Source: Candidatus Methanomethylicaceae archaeon (lineage in GTDB: Archaea; Thermoproteota; Methanomethylicia; Methanomethylicales; Methanomethylicaceae). Taken from it: DNA of 64,000 nt. The first letter of the stretch is position 1. Each line of letters opens with the position of its first letter. The stretch spans positions 50,422 through 114,421 of the forward strand of contig JAOAJN010000001.1 of NCBI GenBank assembly GCA_026414165.1. Direction: 5' to 3'. The notes beneath the pieces are model-generated. The model searched no databases, had not been told where the DNA came from, and saw nothing but the letters and a program-made list of their open reading frames with translations. This document shows, piece after piece, positions 18,486-28,521 of the stretch. The translations under genes and the position numbers were made by a program.

Positions 18486-19093
18486 GTATAGCAAGATTCT
18501 TTATCAATAAATCATCAAAAAACATGATAATTGACAATTATCTCCGCAACGAGCTCAAGAGGGCTGGCTATGCTGGTGTAGAATTTCAGAAGACTCCCCT
18601 TGGTAACAGAGTTGTAATATACGCCGAAAGACCTGGCATGGTCATAGGTCGCCAGGGTGCCACCATAAGGGAACTGGCCCATGTGATCGAAACAAAATAC
18701 GGACTCGAGAACCCTCAGATAGCAGTAGTCCCAGTCCAAAATCCCGAACTAAACGCCAGAATAATGGCAAGCAGGGTGGCTTCTGCTCTAGAGAGGGGCA
18801 TACATTTCAGGAGGGCTGCCTTCGTTGCACTAAGACAGATAATGGAAGCTGGCGCACGTGGGGCGGAAATAGTCATTCGTGGAAAACTCTCAACAGAGCG
18901 CTCTAGATATGAGAAATTCAGATCAGGGGCTATATTGAAGGCCGGAGAACCGAGAAAATATGCCGTGGACAGGGCCGTAACGAGCGTACTACTCAAGCCC
19001 GGAGTCTTTGGGATTCAAGTGAGCATATACTTACCCGTTAAGACCGTCGACGACATCTCCATAGTTGAAGTTACACAGCAGGCAGCTGGGTGA
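18482..19093 (+). CDS. rps3: 30S ribosomal protein S3 (uS3)
   Basis: KH domain, GRQGATIREL; 203 aa; overlaps the L22 stop. Confidence 0.9.
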   Translation: MSIARFFINKSSKNMIIDNYLRNELKRAGYAGVEFQKTPLGNRVVIYAERPGMVIGRQGATIRELAHVIETKYGLENPQIAVVPVQNPELNARIMASRVASALERGIHFRRAAFVALRQIMEAGARGAEIVIRGKLSTERSRYEKFRSGAILKAGEPRKYAVDRAVTSVLLKPGVFGIQVSIYLPVKTVDDISIVEVTQQAAG

Positions 19094-19131
19094 TCAATTT
19101 GGCAATCTTTAGGATCCAAGAAATTAGAAAG

Positions 19132-19446
19132 ATGAGCAAAGAGGAGCGGAATAAGAAGCTCTCAGAGCTCAGGGCAGAGCTCTCCAAGATGAAAGCGATG
19201 CAGGCTATGGGCGGTTCTCTTGAGAACCCGTCAAGGATAAGGCTCCTGAGGAAGACAATCGCCCAATTTCTCACAGTAAACCGAGAGGAGGAGCTAGGGT
19301 TAAGCCGAGTTAAGACGCGGGAAGAAACTTCCACTAAAGCTTCGATGGAACCAACAAAAGAAACAAAGAAGGAAGCCCCCAAAACTCCCAAACTCCAAGA
19401 AAGTAACATTTATGAAAAAGAGGAATCGGAGGAAAAAAGTGAATGA
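19132..19446 (+). CDS. rpl29: 50S ribosomal protein L29 (uL29) with a roughly 45-aa K/E-rich C-terminal extension
   Basis: MSKEERNKKLSELRAELSKMKA core; first ATG after the S3 stop; tail TKETKKEAPKTPK...EESEEKSE. Confidence 0.8.
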   Translation: MSKEERNKKLSELRAELSKMKAMQAMGGSLENPSRIRLLRKTIAQFLTVNREEELGLSRVKTREETSTKASMEPTKETKKEAPKTPKLQESNIYEKEESEEKSE

Positions 19447-19721
19447 ACATTAGCCCCTCAAACCTTATTTATCATGACCTAGTCGGCCTTTCCGCAAAGG
19501 TAGAATTTTCCACAGACCCCACTCAAATAGGTCTAGAAGGAATAGTTGTGGACGAGACCAAGAATATGCTCACAATCTATACCAGAAGGGGCTATAAGAA
19601 AGTCAGCAAAAGGAATTCTTTATTCACCTTCTATTTATCTCAGCCAGTGACAATAGAGGGATCTATGATCGCTTACGATCCTGCTGAACGCCTGAAACGA
19701 ATTTTAAGGAGGAAGAAGTAA
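19443..19721 (+). CDS. rnp1: RNase P protein subunit Rpp29 (Rnp1/Pop4)
   Basis: GLEGIVVDETKNMLTI motif; conserved position between L29 and S17. Confidence 0.7.
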   Translation: MNISPSNLIYHDLVGLSAKVEFSTDPTQIGLEGIVVDETKNMLTIYTRRGYKKVSKRNSLFTFYLSQPVTIEGSMIAYDPAERLKRILRRKK

Positions 19722-20042
19722 ATGTCACAAACATTAAAAGAGACAAAATCTATTTCATGTTCTGATAAAAACTGCCCATTCCATGGAAGTTTATCCATCA
19801 GGGGTAAGACCCTAACGGGGCGCGTCGTTAGTGACAGGATGCATAAAACAGTCGTAGTCCAAGTAGACTACCTTTACTATTACCCTAAGTACAAGAGGTA
19901 TGCAAAACGAAGATCAAAGATCCACGCTCACAACCCTCCATGCATAGCCGCAGCAAAAGGTGATATTGTAAAGATAGCAGAATGTCGCCCTCTCAGCAAG
20001 ACTGTGGGCTTTGTCGTTGTAGAAAGAACTGGTGGTGAATGA
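19722..20042 (+). CDS. rps17: 30S ribosomal protein S17 (uS17)
   Basis: [14 protein letters not shown] conserved S17 motif. Confidence 0.9.
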   Translation: MSQTLKETKSISCSDKNCPFHGSLSIRGKTLTGRVVSDRMHKTVVVQVDYLYYYPKYKRYAKRRSKIHAHNPPCIAAAKGDIVKIAECRPLSKTVGFVVVERTGGE

Positions 20043-20043
20043 A

Positions 20044-20472
20044 ATGGCGAAAAGAGGAAAGGGTCTAGGCGGCGGCATCACCTATAGACCTGGAATAAGC
20101 CCGGGTCTGCCCTTGGGCGCCTTATTGAAGTGCGCCGACAACAGTGGAGCCAAAGTAGTACAACTTATTGGCGTTCCAAAGATTAAGAGTAGGATCCGTC
20201 GCCTCTCGGCCGCCTCTGTTGGTGACAAAGTCATTGTGTCTGTGAAGGAGGGAACACCGGAAGTTCGACGTCAAATATTTCATGCCGTAATAATAAGACA
20301 ACGAAAGCCCTTCAGACGATTGGATGGAACTTGGATCCAATTTGAAGATAACGCCGCCGTGATCGTTACTGAAGATGGAGAATGTAAAGGCACAGAAATA
20401 AGGGGGCCTGTTGCAAAGGAAGCAGCCGAGCGGTGGCCGAAAGTCGCAGGTTTGGCATCAATGGTAATTTGA
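20044..20472 (+). CDS. rpl14: 50S ribosomal protein L14 (uL14)
   Basis: LKCADNSGAKVVQLIGV conserved L14 motif; ATG 2 nt after the S17 stop. Confidence 0.9.
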   Translation: MAKRGKGLGGGITYRPGISPGLPLGALLKCADNSGAKVVQLIGVPKIKSRIRRLSAASVGDKVIVSVKEGTPEVRRQIFHAVIIRQRKPFRRLDGTWIQFEDNAAVIVTEDGECKGTEIRGPVAKEAAERWPKVAGLASMVI

Positions 20473-20473
20473 G

Positions 20474-20848
20474 GTGTTAGAAGTGTCCAGCATTAAACCT
20501 AAAGTTCAAAGAAAATCTCTCCCAATGCATAAAAGGAGAAAGACCATTCGTGCCTCTCTCTCTGATGAGCTTAGAGAACGCTATGGGACTAGGACTGCTT
20601 CTCTGCGAAAAGGAGATACTGTATTGATCGTGAGAGGGGATTATAAAGGACACGAAGGGAAGGTCACCTCTATTGATCTCTCAAAAATGCGCATAACTAT
20701 TGAGGGCGTTAGTATAAAAAAGACTGATGGAACAACCCGTCCTGCTCCAATTAAGCCATCCAAGGTCATTATTACAAAACTTGATCTATCTGATAAAAAG
20801 CGAAAAGCGATTTTTGAATCGAGATTTAAGCGGAGGGAATCATCTTGA
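20474..20848 (+). CDS. rpl24: 50S ribosomal protein L24 (uL24, KOW)
   Basis: KGDTVLIVRGDYKGHEGKV KOW motif; GTG start. Confidence 0.85.
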   Translation: MLEVSSIKPKVQRKSLPMHKRRKTIRASLSDELRERYGTRTASLRKGDTVLIVRGDYKGHEGKVTSIDLSKMRITIEGVSIKKTDGTTRPAPIKPSKVIITKLDLSDKKRKAIFESRFKRRESS

Positions 20849-21579
20849 AGCGCCACTTAAAGACCTATCCTGCACCACGTTTTTGGTCCATTAGAATAAA
20901 GGAAAGGGAATTTGCCGTTCGTCCTTCCCCTGGCCCGCACCCCTTACACTACTCAATTCCTTTAGGGGTCGTCTTGAGGGACGTTTTGAATTATGCCCTA
21001 ACAATTGGGGAAGCAAAGAAGATACTTTCCGAGAGAAAGGTAATGGTCGATGGCAAAGTTAGAACCGACTATAAGTACCCATTGGGACTGATGGATGTAC
21101 TATATCTCCGCCCCTCTGAGGAATATTATAGGGTTCTTCCTCATCCCGTGAAAAAACTATCTTTGGTAAAGATCTCCTCAGAGGAATCCTCATTTAAATT
21201 AGTTAGGATCATTGGGAAGCGGATCCTCAAAGGTGGAAGGGTTCAACTCAACTTCCACGATGGCAGATCATATTGCATAAAAGTTGATGATCCTTTCAAC
21301 ATCCAAGTTGGATATAAAATATATGATGCAGTGAAGCTTACAATACCTGAAGGAGAGATTGCTGATCACATACCTCTTGAGCCTGGAGCTTTCGTATGCG
21401 TTACAGGCGGCAACAACATAGGCAAGTATGGAGAAGTGGTAGAGCCCCCGGCAAGCAGAAACCCAGACCAATTGGTCAAGGTTCGCATAGAGGGTACTGA
21501 GAGTACCGTTACGCTTAAGTACTTATTCCCGATAGGTAAGGGAAGTCCAATCATAAACATTAGTGGAGAAGTGTCGTAA
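20845..21579 (+). CDS. rps4e: 30S ribosomal protein S4e (eS4)
   Basis: KRHLKTYPAP N-terminus, KOW; 244 aa. Confidence 0.9.
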   Translation: MKRHLKTYPAPRFWSIRIKEREFAVRPSPGPHPLHYSIPLGVVLRDVLNYALTIGEAKKILSERKVMVDGKVRTDYKYPLGLMDVLYLRPSEEYYRVLPHPVKKLSLVKISSEESSFKLVRIIGKRILKGGRVQLNFHDGRSYCIKVDDPFNIQVGYKIYDAVKLTIPEGEIADHIPLEPGAFVCVTGGNNIGKYGEVVEPPASRNPDQLVKVRIEGTESTVTLKYLFPIGKGSPIINISGEVS

Positions 21580-21581
21580 AA

Positions 21582-22133
21582 ATGTCCGAGGGTGCTAAGG
21601 CCACATCAGTTGGCCAATTGAACCCCATGCGATCCATAAGGATCGGAAAAGTAGTTGTGAATATAGGCTTAGGAGAGGGAGGAGAGCGTCTAGAGAAGGC
21701 CATGACCGTCCTCGGGTCGATAACTGGCACAAAACCATGCCCAAGGAAGGCAAAGAAGACTATAAGGGATTTTGGCATAAGAAGAGGCGAGAACATAGGC
21801 TGTGTAGTAACACTTAGAGGGGACAAGGTCGAAGACTTTCTAAGGAGGGCTTTCGATTCCAGAAAGAATAGGATAAAGGAATCGTCCTTTGACGAGTATG
21901 GTAACATCTCGTTTGGAATAACCGAGCACATAAATCTTCCTGGAACTAAATATGATCCATCGCTTGGCATATTTGGTATGAATGTCTGTATCGTTTTAGA
22001 AAGACCTGGTTACAGAGTTGCGAGAAGACGATACCGCCCATCAAAAATTGGTCGAAATCACCGCATAAACAAGGAAGAAGCTATTGCATTCATGACCGAA
22101 CGATTTGGCATAAAAGTAGAGAGGGGGATCTAA
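21582..22133 (+). CDS. rpl5: 50S ribosomal protein L5 (uL5)
   Basis: L5 similarity and operon position. Confidence 0.9.
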   Translation: MSEGAKATSVGQLNPMRSIRIGKVVVNIGLGEGGERLEKAMTVLGSITGTKPCPRKAKKTIRDFGIRRGENIGCVVTLRGDKVEDFLRRAFDSRKNRIKESSFDEYGNISFGITEHINLPGTKYDPSLGIFGMNVCIVLERPGYRVARRRYRPSKIGRNHRINKEEAIAFMTERFGIKVERGI

Positions 22134-22135
22134 AC

Positions 22136-22303
22136 ATGGGAAAAACACGGAAACCAAAGGAGAGGAAGTTTGGTAAGGGCAGCAGAGTTTGCAAACGCTG
22201 CGGATCAAAAGGCAGCACCCTCATAAGGAGATATAACCTCAACATCTGCCGTCAGTGTTTCAGAGAGGCTGCTGAAAACTTGGGCTTCAAAAAGTACATG
22301 TAG
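22136..22303 (+). CDS. rps14: 30S ribosomal protein S14 (uS14, zinc-ribbon type Z)
   Basis: 55-aa [47 protein letters not shown]..., too short for the ORF track; found by translation. Confidence 0.85.
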   Translation: MGKTRKPKERKFGKGSRVCKRCGSKGSTLIRRYNLNICRQCFREAAENLGFKKYM

Positions 22304-22307
22304 GTGC

Positions 22308-22706
22308 ATGATCATGTGGGTGCAGGATCCTTTAGCCAACGTTTTAATAAATGTTATGAACAGCGAGGAGCGAGGCAGAAGCGAGTGTATAGTCACGCCC
22401 GCTCCTAAGCTAGTAGCAAACGTACTTCGTGTCCTTCAGAAGCACGGTTATATTGGTGAATTCGAGTTTATTGACGATGGTCGTTTAGGCAAATTGCGAA
22501 TCCAGCTCCTCGGCAGGATAAACAAATGTGGGGTTATAAAGCCCTATTTTTCAGTTTCATATAAAGAGATTGACAATTTCGCTTACCAATACCTTCCCGC
22601 GAAGGATATAGGTCTTCTAATATTGACGACCCCCAAAGGGATCTTGACTCACAAGGAAGCCATCTCAAACAAGATTGGTGGGCGCCTCTTGGCTTATGTC
22701 TATTAG
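22308..22706 (+). CDS. rps8: 30S ribosomal protein S8 (uS8)
   Basis: S8 similarity; position S14-S8-L6. Confidence 0.9.
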   Translation: MIMWVQDPLANVLINVMNSEERGRSECIVTPAPKLVANVLRVLQKHGYIGEFEFIDDGRLGKLRIQLLGRINKCGVIKPYFSVSYKEIDNFAYQYLPAKDIGLLILTTPKGILTHKEAISNKIGGRLLAYVY

Positions 22707-23243
22707 GTGATGGCAATGACAAACTTAGCATTATCTATAAAGATCCCAGAAGGAGTCGATGTCTCACTACAGGGATCTTCGGTTACGGTCTCTGGTCCAA
22801 AAGGTAGCATTACTAAAGATTTCGCTCACTCTGGGCTTAAATTCACAAAGACTGAAGAAGCTATAGTATTGTCTGCCTCAGGCAAAGGAAAGCGTTCCAA
22901 GGCTATACTTGGAACTATTGCCTCTCACATAAAGAACATGTTCAAGGGTGTTACGGAAGGTCACCACTACACAATGAAGGTGATTTATGCCCACTTCCCC
23001 ATCACTGTAAAGGTCGCCGGAAGCGAAGTCCACATAGAGAACTTCATGGGTGAGCGGTCTAAAAGAATAGCAAAGATCGTGGGCAATGTAAAGATCACCG
23101 TAAGTGGTGACGAGATCATTCTCGAAGGTCCTGATAAAGAGGAGGTTGGTCAGACCGCTGCTAACATACACTTGGCAACACATGTCAAAAAGATGGATCC
23201 CAGAGTGTTTCAGGATGGCATATATCTGGTGGAGAGGAGGTAG
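22707..23243 (+). CDS. rpl6: 50S ribosomal protein L6 (uL6)
   Basis: Two L6 alpha/beta repeats; 178 aa. Confidence 0.9.
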   Translation: MMAMTNLALSIKIPEGVDVSLQGSSVTVSGPKGSITKDFAHSGLKFTKTEEAIVLSASGKGKRSKAILGTIASHIKNMFKGVTEGHHYTMKVIYAHFPITVKVAGSEVHIENFMGERSKRIAKIVGNVKITVSGDEIILEGPDKEEVGQTAANIHLATHVKKMDPRVFQDGIYLVERR

Positions 23244-23248
23244 GTCGC

Positions 23249-23854
23249 ATGTCTGATCCCGATGCCGATAAACTGTCTAGGGCATTAAAGATCAGAAAGA
23301 AGATCTCGCAGAAGAGACCTGACTTTGTTAGACAGGAGGCCAACAGGTTTCCACGCTTAGGAGAAAAATGGCGGAGCTGTACTGGAATCAGGTCAAAGAT
23401 GCGACTCAAAAAGAAAGGTAGGGCGGCTATTGTTGAATCTGGATATAGAGGTCCGTTATTGTCAAGAGGTCTTCACCCCTCCGGAAAGCGCGAGATCTTG
23501 GTCTATAATGTTGAATCATTAGACAAAATCGATTCCAAAACAGCAGTCGTCAGAATAGCATCTACTGTGGGGAAGAGGAAGAGACTCGAGATCATCGAAA
23601 AATCAAAAACCCTTGGATTGACTGTGGTGAATATCCGCCCATCTGAGAAGGCGCTTTTAGAAAAACCAGAGGCGGCTCCAGAAGCCGAAGAAGTGAAAAA
23701 AGAAAAGGAAGAGAAAGAGAGAGGGAGAGGGAAAGAGAAAGAGAAAGAGGAGCATCCTGCAGAACCTAAAGTGGCAGAGGAAGAAGCAGCTGAGAAAAAA
23801 GAAGAGGAATGGTCTGCTGAGAGAGAAGAACGAGAATTGGAGGGATCTGGATGA
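23249..23854 (+). CDS. rpl32e: 50S ribosomal protein L32e (eL32) with a roughly 70-aa K/E-rich C-terminal extension
   Basis: L32e core (about 130 aa) followed by EEVKKEKEEKERGRGKEKEKEE... tail. Confidence 0.8.
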   Translation: MSDPDADKLSRALKIRKKISQKRPDFVRQEANRFPRLGEKWRSCTGIRSKMRLKKKGRAAIVESGYRGPLLSRGLHPSGKREILVYNVESLDKIDSKTAVVRIASTVGKRKRLEIIEKSKTLGLTVVNIRPSEKALLEKPEAAPEAEEVKKEKEEKERGRGKEKEKEEHPAEPKVAEEEAAEKKEEEWSAEREERELEGSG

Positions 23855-24285
23855 GCCTACGAATACAACGCAGGATAGCTGCAAGAGTCTTGAAAGTGGG
23901 AGAGAGCAGAGTTTGGATGGACCCCGACCGTTTCGAAGACATTAGCATGGCTATTACGAGTGATGACATTCGTGCATTGATCAAAGAGGGTGCCATAAAG
24001 GCGAGCCCTGAGGAGGGAATTAGTCGCGGGAGGTACAGGCGCATACGTAGGCAAAAGAGAAAAGGACTCAGAAAAGGTTATGGAAGCAGGAAAGGCTCTG
24101 TGAAGGGCGATGAGTGGACTGACAGAATACGTTCTATAAGGGAATTCCTTCGCCTTCTCAGAAAGAGACGTATTATTACACCGACAGTTTACCGGATGCT
24201 CTATATTAAAGCAAAAGGTGGCGCTTTTCACGACAAGAGGCAGCTCAAAACTTACATCGAAGAACATAATTTAGCAAGGAGGTAA
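23851..24285 (+). CDS. rpl19e: 50S ribosomal protein L19e (eL19)
   Basis: LRIQRRIAARVLKVGESRVW N-terminus typical of L19e. Confidence 0.85.
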   Translation: MSLRIQRRIAARVLKVGESRVWMDPDRFEDISMAITSDDIRALIKEGAIKASPEEGISRGRYRRIRRQKRKGLRKGYGSRKGSVKGDEWTDRIRSIREFLRLLRKRRIITPTVYRMLYIKAKGGAFHDKRQLKTYIEEHNLARR

Positions 24286-24289
24286 AAAC

Positions 24290-24880
24290 TTGGCAAAAGG
24301 ACCTACTTATAGAGTTGCATTCCGGAGGAGGCGTGAGGGTAGAACAGACTACAACCTTAGGAGGCGCCTTATCTCTAGCAGAAAGCCTAGACTTGTCATA
24401 AGAAAGTCACTTAAGCACCTATACCTCCAACTGGTTGATGCAAGAGTCGATGGAGATATAGTGTTGGCTAGTGCCACTACCATTGAGCTAGAAGAATATG
24501 GTTGGAAAGGTGGCACTAGTAATCTTCCCGCAGCATACCTTGCGGGTTTTCTCTTAGGCAAGCGCGCATTAAGCAAGGGCTTTGATACAGCGGTATTAGA
24601 CTTAAATGGTTACTCTATAACTAAGGGCAACCGTCTCTTTGCTGCCCTTAAAGGTGCTATAGATGCTGGGATGGAGATCCCGCATAGCGAGGACATTCTT
24701 CCTGATGAAGAGCGTATTAAAGGGGAACACATCGCCAAATATGCCGAATTACTACAAAAGGAGAATCCTGCAAGATACCAATCTCAATTCTCAAAATACA
24801 TCAGTGTTGGTCTTGCACCTGAAGGGATAGTCCAACACTTTGAAACAGTTAAAGAGATGATCGCAAAGAAGGTGAAATAA
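24290..24880 (+). CDS. rpl18: 50S ribosomal protein L18 (uL18)
   Basis: GPTYRVAFRRRREGRTDY conserved archaeal L18/L5e N-terminus; TTG start. Confidence 0.9.
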   Translation: MAKGPTYRVAFRRRREGRTDYNLRRRLISSRKPRLVIRKSLKHLYLQLVDARVDGDIVLASATTIELEEYGWKGGTSNLPAAYLAGFLLGKRALSKGFDTAVLDLNGYSITKGNRLFAALKGAIDAGMEIPHSEDILPDEERIKGEHIAKYAELLQKENPARYQSQFSKYISVGLAPEGIVQHFETVKEMIAKKVK

Positions 24881-24881
24881 T

Positions 24882-25487
24882 ATGGCATATCAGCAGACAC
24901 AATGGGTTCCAAGAACGACTCTCGGCAAGCTTGTCTTGGAAGGAAAGATTACCAGCATTAAGGATGTATTTGAGCAGAACATACCGATTAAGGAACCGGA
25001 GATTATTGACGCCTTGCTTCCTGATATAAAACACGAGGTTTTGGACGTTGGTATAGTGCAAAAGCAGACCGATGCTGGCGAGATCACAAAATTCAAGATC
25101 GGAGTTGTAGTCGGAAATTTTGACGGTTATATTGGTATAGGGATCGGTAAGTCAAAGCAGATGCGGTTTGCAATAGATAAGGCCATAGCTGATGCCAAGC
25201 TAAACATAACCCCCGTACGTAGGGGTTGTGGACATTGGAAATGCCCCTGCGGAAACCCTCACAGTCTTCCCTTTGTTGTTACTGGTAAGAGTGGCAGCGT
25301 CACAGTAACTCTTATCCCCGCACCAAAAGGTGTAGGTCTCGTTGGAGGCGCTGCTGCCAAAACTCTGCTTACATTCGCAGGGATAAAAGACGCTTGGGTT
25401 GTGTCCAGGGGCGAGACAAGAACCACCATGAACTTTGCCGGGGCTGTTTACGATGCCCTCAAAAATACATACCGATTTAAGAAGTGA
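24882..25487 (+). CDS. rps5: 30S ribosomal protein S5 (uS5)
   Basis: S5 dsRBD and C-terminal domain; 201 aa. Confidence 0.9.
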   Translation: MAYQQTQWVPRTTLGKLVLEGKITSIKDVFEQNIPIKEPEIIDALLPDIKHEVLDVGIVQKQTDAGEITKFKIGVVVGNFDGYIGIGIGKSKQMRFAIDKAIADAKLNITPVRRGCGHWKCPCGNPHSLPFVVTGKSGSVTVTLIPAPKGVGLVGGAAAKTLLTFAGIKDAWVVSRGETRTTMNFAGAVYDALKNTYRFKK

Positions 25488-25498
25488 GGTTGATTAAT

Positions 25499-25957
25499 AT
25501 GAAGTTATTCCTTGCGATTCGAATCAGAGGGATAACAGGCGTCCCCCCAGAGATGCTCGATGTCTTAAACCGATTAAATATTCCAAAAAAACATAGCGCC
25601 TCTCTGATCCCTGACAATCCTTCCATGGTTGGTATGCTCAAGAAGGTATCGGATTACATAACTTGGGGAGAGATAAGTCGAGACAGCCTCGTAGCTCTTC
25701 TCAAGAAAAGGGGACGACTGGAGGGTAATAAAAGATTAACCGAAGAGTCCTTAAAGAAAATTGGCTTTAATAGCTTTGAAGAGCTGGCGGATAAGATCCT
25801 TACCAATGGAAAAGTCCCTCCACTGATCAAAAAGACCTTTAGACTCACACCTCCCAGTGGAGGCTTTAAGGGCCCCATAACTAAGCATGTGAATGAGGGT
25901 GGCGAGCTAGGCTACAGAGGCGAGGCGATAAATCAGCTCCTCTCTAGGATGATCTAA
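25499..25957 (+). CDS. rpl30: 50S ribosomal protein L30 (uL30)
   Basis: MKLFLAIRIRG N-terminus typical of archaeal L30/L7. Confidence 0.85.
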   Translation: MKLFLAIRIRGITGVPPEMLDVLNRLNIPKKHSASLIPDNPSMVGMLKKVSDYITWGEISRDSLVALLKKRGRLEGNKRLTEESLKKIGFNSFEELADKILTNGKVPPLIKKTFRLTPPSGGFKGPITKHVNEGGELGYRGEAINQLLSRMI

Positions 25958-26034
25958 AAGAGTGGGGAGGCAAAAACTAAAAATATATTAGTGGAAGTCT
26001 TTCTGATTATCGCTAATCTCAGTGGTGTTTACAA

Positions 26035-26469
26035 ATGGTAGTTCGAAGGGATCGTAAGGTCAGGCGACAACGGGGCTCCAGACTTTATGGATGGGGTCAA
26101 GTGGGACAACACAGGAAGTCTGGAACCCGGGGTGGGTTTGGCAATGCAGGTCTCCATAAGCACAAGTGGAGCTGGACCGTAAAATACGGAAAAGACCACT
26201 TTGGAAAGTATGGATTTGTGAGACCGCTTGCTGTATCAAAGCCTGTAAGATCAATAAATGTCGGATCATTAGCAACATTGGTCCAGGGCAAAATACTTGA
26301 TAAGGATGAGAAGGGCAGGGCTGTTTTGGACTTGGGATCTTTGGGCTACGACAGGTTGCTTGGGAGTGGAAAGATAGATTTCTCTGTTGTTGTCAAGATA
26401 AACCACGCCTCAGAAATTGCCAAGAAAAAGATCGCTGAAGCTGGTGGAGAAGTCATCGTAGCAGGATGA
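26035..26469 (+). CDS. rpl15: 50S ribosomal protein L15 (uL15)
   Basis: RGGFGNAG motif; position before secY. Confidence 0.85.
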   Translation: MVVRRDRKVRRQRGSRLYGWGQVGQHRKSGTRGGFGNAGLHKHKWSWTVKYGKDHFGKYGFVRPLAVSKPVRSINVGSLATLVQGKILDKDEKGRAVLDLGSLGYDRLLGSGKIDFSVVVKINHASEIAKKKIAEAGGEVIVAG

Positions 26470-26482
26470 GGTAGCGTTAATC

Positions 26483-27907
26483 ATGGCTCGCTTCCTTGAC
26501 CTAATGGAACCAATAATGAAATATATCCCGGAGGTTCCGAAGCCTCAGCGGAAGGTGAGCCTTAAGGAAAAAGTATTCTGGACGGGTTTGGCTCTTGGGA
26601 TATACTTGGTGATGTGCGAGATCCCACTATTTGGCGTACCTATTTATCAGACTGGTTATGAACAACTGTTTTTCTACCGCGTGATATTCGCCTCAAAGAA
26701 AGGTTCTCTAATGGATCTCGGAATAGGTCCAATAGTGACCGCCGGACTTATCATGCAGATCCTTGCGGGCTCCAAGATATTAAATGTGGACATGACAAAA
26801 CCCCGTGATCGAGGGTTATTTACAGGGACACAGAAATTCCTCGCCATTCTTATGACTGCCTTTGAAGGCACAGCTTTTCTCATAGGTGGAAATTATGGTA
26901 AGCCAGATACAATGATCTCAGTATTTATTGTACTTCAACTTGTTTGTGTGGGCGTCCTCGTATTGCTTCTCGATGAGATGATACAGAAAGGTTGGGGTCT
27001 TGGGAGCGGAGTAAGCCTTTTCATCCTAGCCGGCGTCTCTCAGCAGGTAATCTGGCTCAGCTTCTCCCCCTTCGGTCCGATTGCAGATGGCAAATCGCTT
27101 GGTGCCCTAATTGCGTTCTTCCAGACAATATTTAATGGTGAAAATATTTTATCTGCGTTCTCAAGATACCCGTACCCTGACATGACTGGTTTTATCGCCA
27201 TGATTTTGGTCTTCCTGCTGGCGGTCTATCTAGAGGGGATGAAAATAGAAATTCCTGTAGCCTATGCCAAATACGGTGGCATGCGCGCAAAGATCCCCCT
27301 GAAGTTCATGTATGTTTCGAACATTCCAATAATCCTTGCCTCTGCGCTCTTCGCAAACTTTTACCTGTTTGGCCAAATTTTGTGGCAGAACCTTAACATG
27401 GCGAATAACAATCCTTGGCTGAATTGGTTTGTAATGTTTAATTCTACGTCAACAACCCGTGAGCTTCTGCCAGGTTGCTTCTTGTATTACATCTCTTCTC
27501 CAAGAAGCCTCACTAACGTGATTCAAGATCCAATACACGCCGTTCTTTACACTTTGATACTTGTAACATTCTCGGTATTATTTGCTAAGGTATGGGTTGA
27601 GGTCTCTGGAATGAGTGCAAAGGCTCAGGCAGATCAGCTTGTGAAGGCTGGTCTCCAGATCCCTGGCTTTAGGAGATCTCCTGGCATTATCGAACAGATA
27701 CTCCAAAGGTACATTCCCTCTCTGACTATTATCAGCGGCATAGGGATTGGTCTGCTGGCTGGGATTGCAGATATGTTAGGTGCCATCGGCAGCGGTATTG
27801 GTATACTGCTATCCGTAGGTATTATTTACCAGTACTACCAGATACTTGCCAAGGAGCAACTCTCAGAGACTTATCCTGGTCTCGGGAGATTTCTTGGTCA
27901 GGAGTAG
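26483..27907 (+). CDS. secY: preprotein translocase subunit SecY
   Basis: 10-TM protein, 474 aa; position L15-SecY-Adk. Confidence 0.95.
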   Translation: MARFLDLMEPIMKYIPEVPKPQRKVSLKEKVFWTGLALGIYLVMCEIPLFGVPIYQTGYEQLFFYRVIFASKKGSLMDLGIGPIVTAGLIMQILAGSKILNVDMTKPRDRGLFTGTQKFLAILMTAFEGTAFLIGGNYGKPDTMISVFIVLQLVCVGVLVLLLDEMIQKGWGLGSGVSLFILAGVSQQVIWLSFSPFGPIADGKSLGALIAFFQTIFNGENILSAFSRYPYPDMTGFIAMILVFLLAVYLEGMKIEIPVAYAKYGGMRAKIPLKFMYVSNIPIILASALFANFYLFGQILWQNLNMANNNPWLNWFVMFNSTSTTRELLPGCFLYYISSPRSLTNVIQDPIHAVLYTLILVTFSVLFAKVWVEVSGMSAKAQADQLVKAGLQIPGFRRSPGIIEQILQRYIPSLTIISGIGIGLLAGIADMLGAIGSGIGILLSVGIIYQYYQILAKEQLSETYPGLGRFLGQE

Positions 27908-27914
27908 GGTAAAA

Positions 27915-28517
27915 ATGACTAAGAGGATTTCTAGGGAAGGAAAATTAGTGGTAGTAACGGGTATACCTGGCGTTGGTAAGACAACAGTTCTTAATTCCGC
28001 AATATCCTCTTGCAAAGAAAACGGGGTTGAGGTGAAGCATATAAACTACGGGGACCTCATGTTTGAAGAGGCCGTTGCCAATGGGCTAGTCAAAGACAGG
28101 GACGAGATGCGGAGGCTTCCAATTAACCATCAGATCTCTTTACAGCTCAATGCTGCTAATAGAATTAGGTCAATTTCGGAGAAAAACAATGTTCTGCTGG
28201 ACACCCACATGTTCATAAGGACCTTGGATGGGTATATGCCAGGAATTCCTATTTGGATCGCCGAATCTCTAATGCCCGACACAATCGTTCTTGTAGAGGC
28301 TGATCCGGAGTCGATCTCGCGGCGGCGTAGGAAGGATGCTGGTATTAGAAATAGAGAAGAGGACTCGCCGCAAAAAATAGAGGAACACCAATTGATGGGC
28401 AGGGCAGGGGCTGCTTCGCTTGCCGTTCTTACAGGTTGCACAGTCCTGATTGTCGAGAACAGGGAGGGCGAACACGAGTTGGCAGGTCGTGCAATAGCCT
28501 CGCTCTTTAGGAGGTAG
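27915..28517 (+). CDS. adkA: archaeal-type adenylate kinase
   Basis: VVTGIPGVGKTTV P-loop; about 200 aa; follows secY. Confidence 0.85.
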   Translation: MTKRISREGKLVVVTGIPGVGKTTVLNSAISSCKENGVEVKHINYGDLMFEEAVANGLVKDRDEMRRLPINHQISLQLNAANRIRSISEKNNVLLDTHMFIRTLDGYMPGIPIWIAESLMPDTIVLVEADPESISRRRRKDAGIRNREEDSPQKIEEHQLMGRAGAASLAVLTGCTVLIVENREGEHELAGRAIASLFRR

Positions 28518-28521
28518 AGGG

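Noticed and set aside
23690-23850. Short tandem aaagag/gaagaa repeats that could resemble a repeat array
   Set aside because: They lie within the coding sequence of the L32e K/E-rich tail. There is no repeat-spacer architecture, so this is not a CRISPR array.
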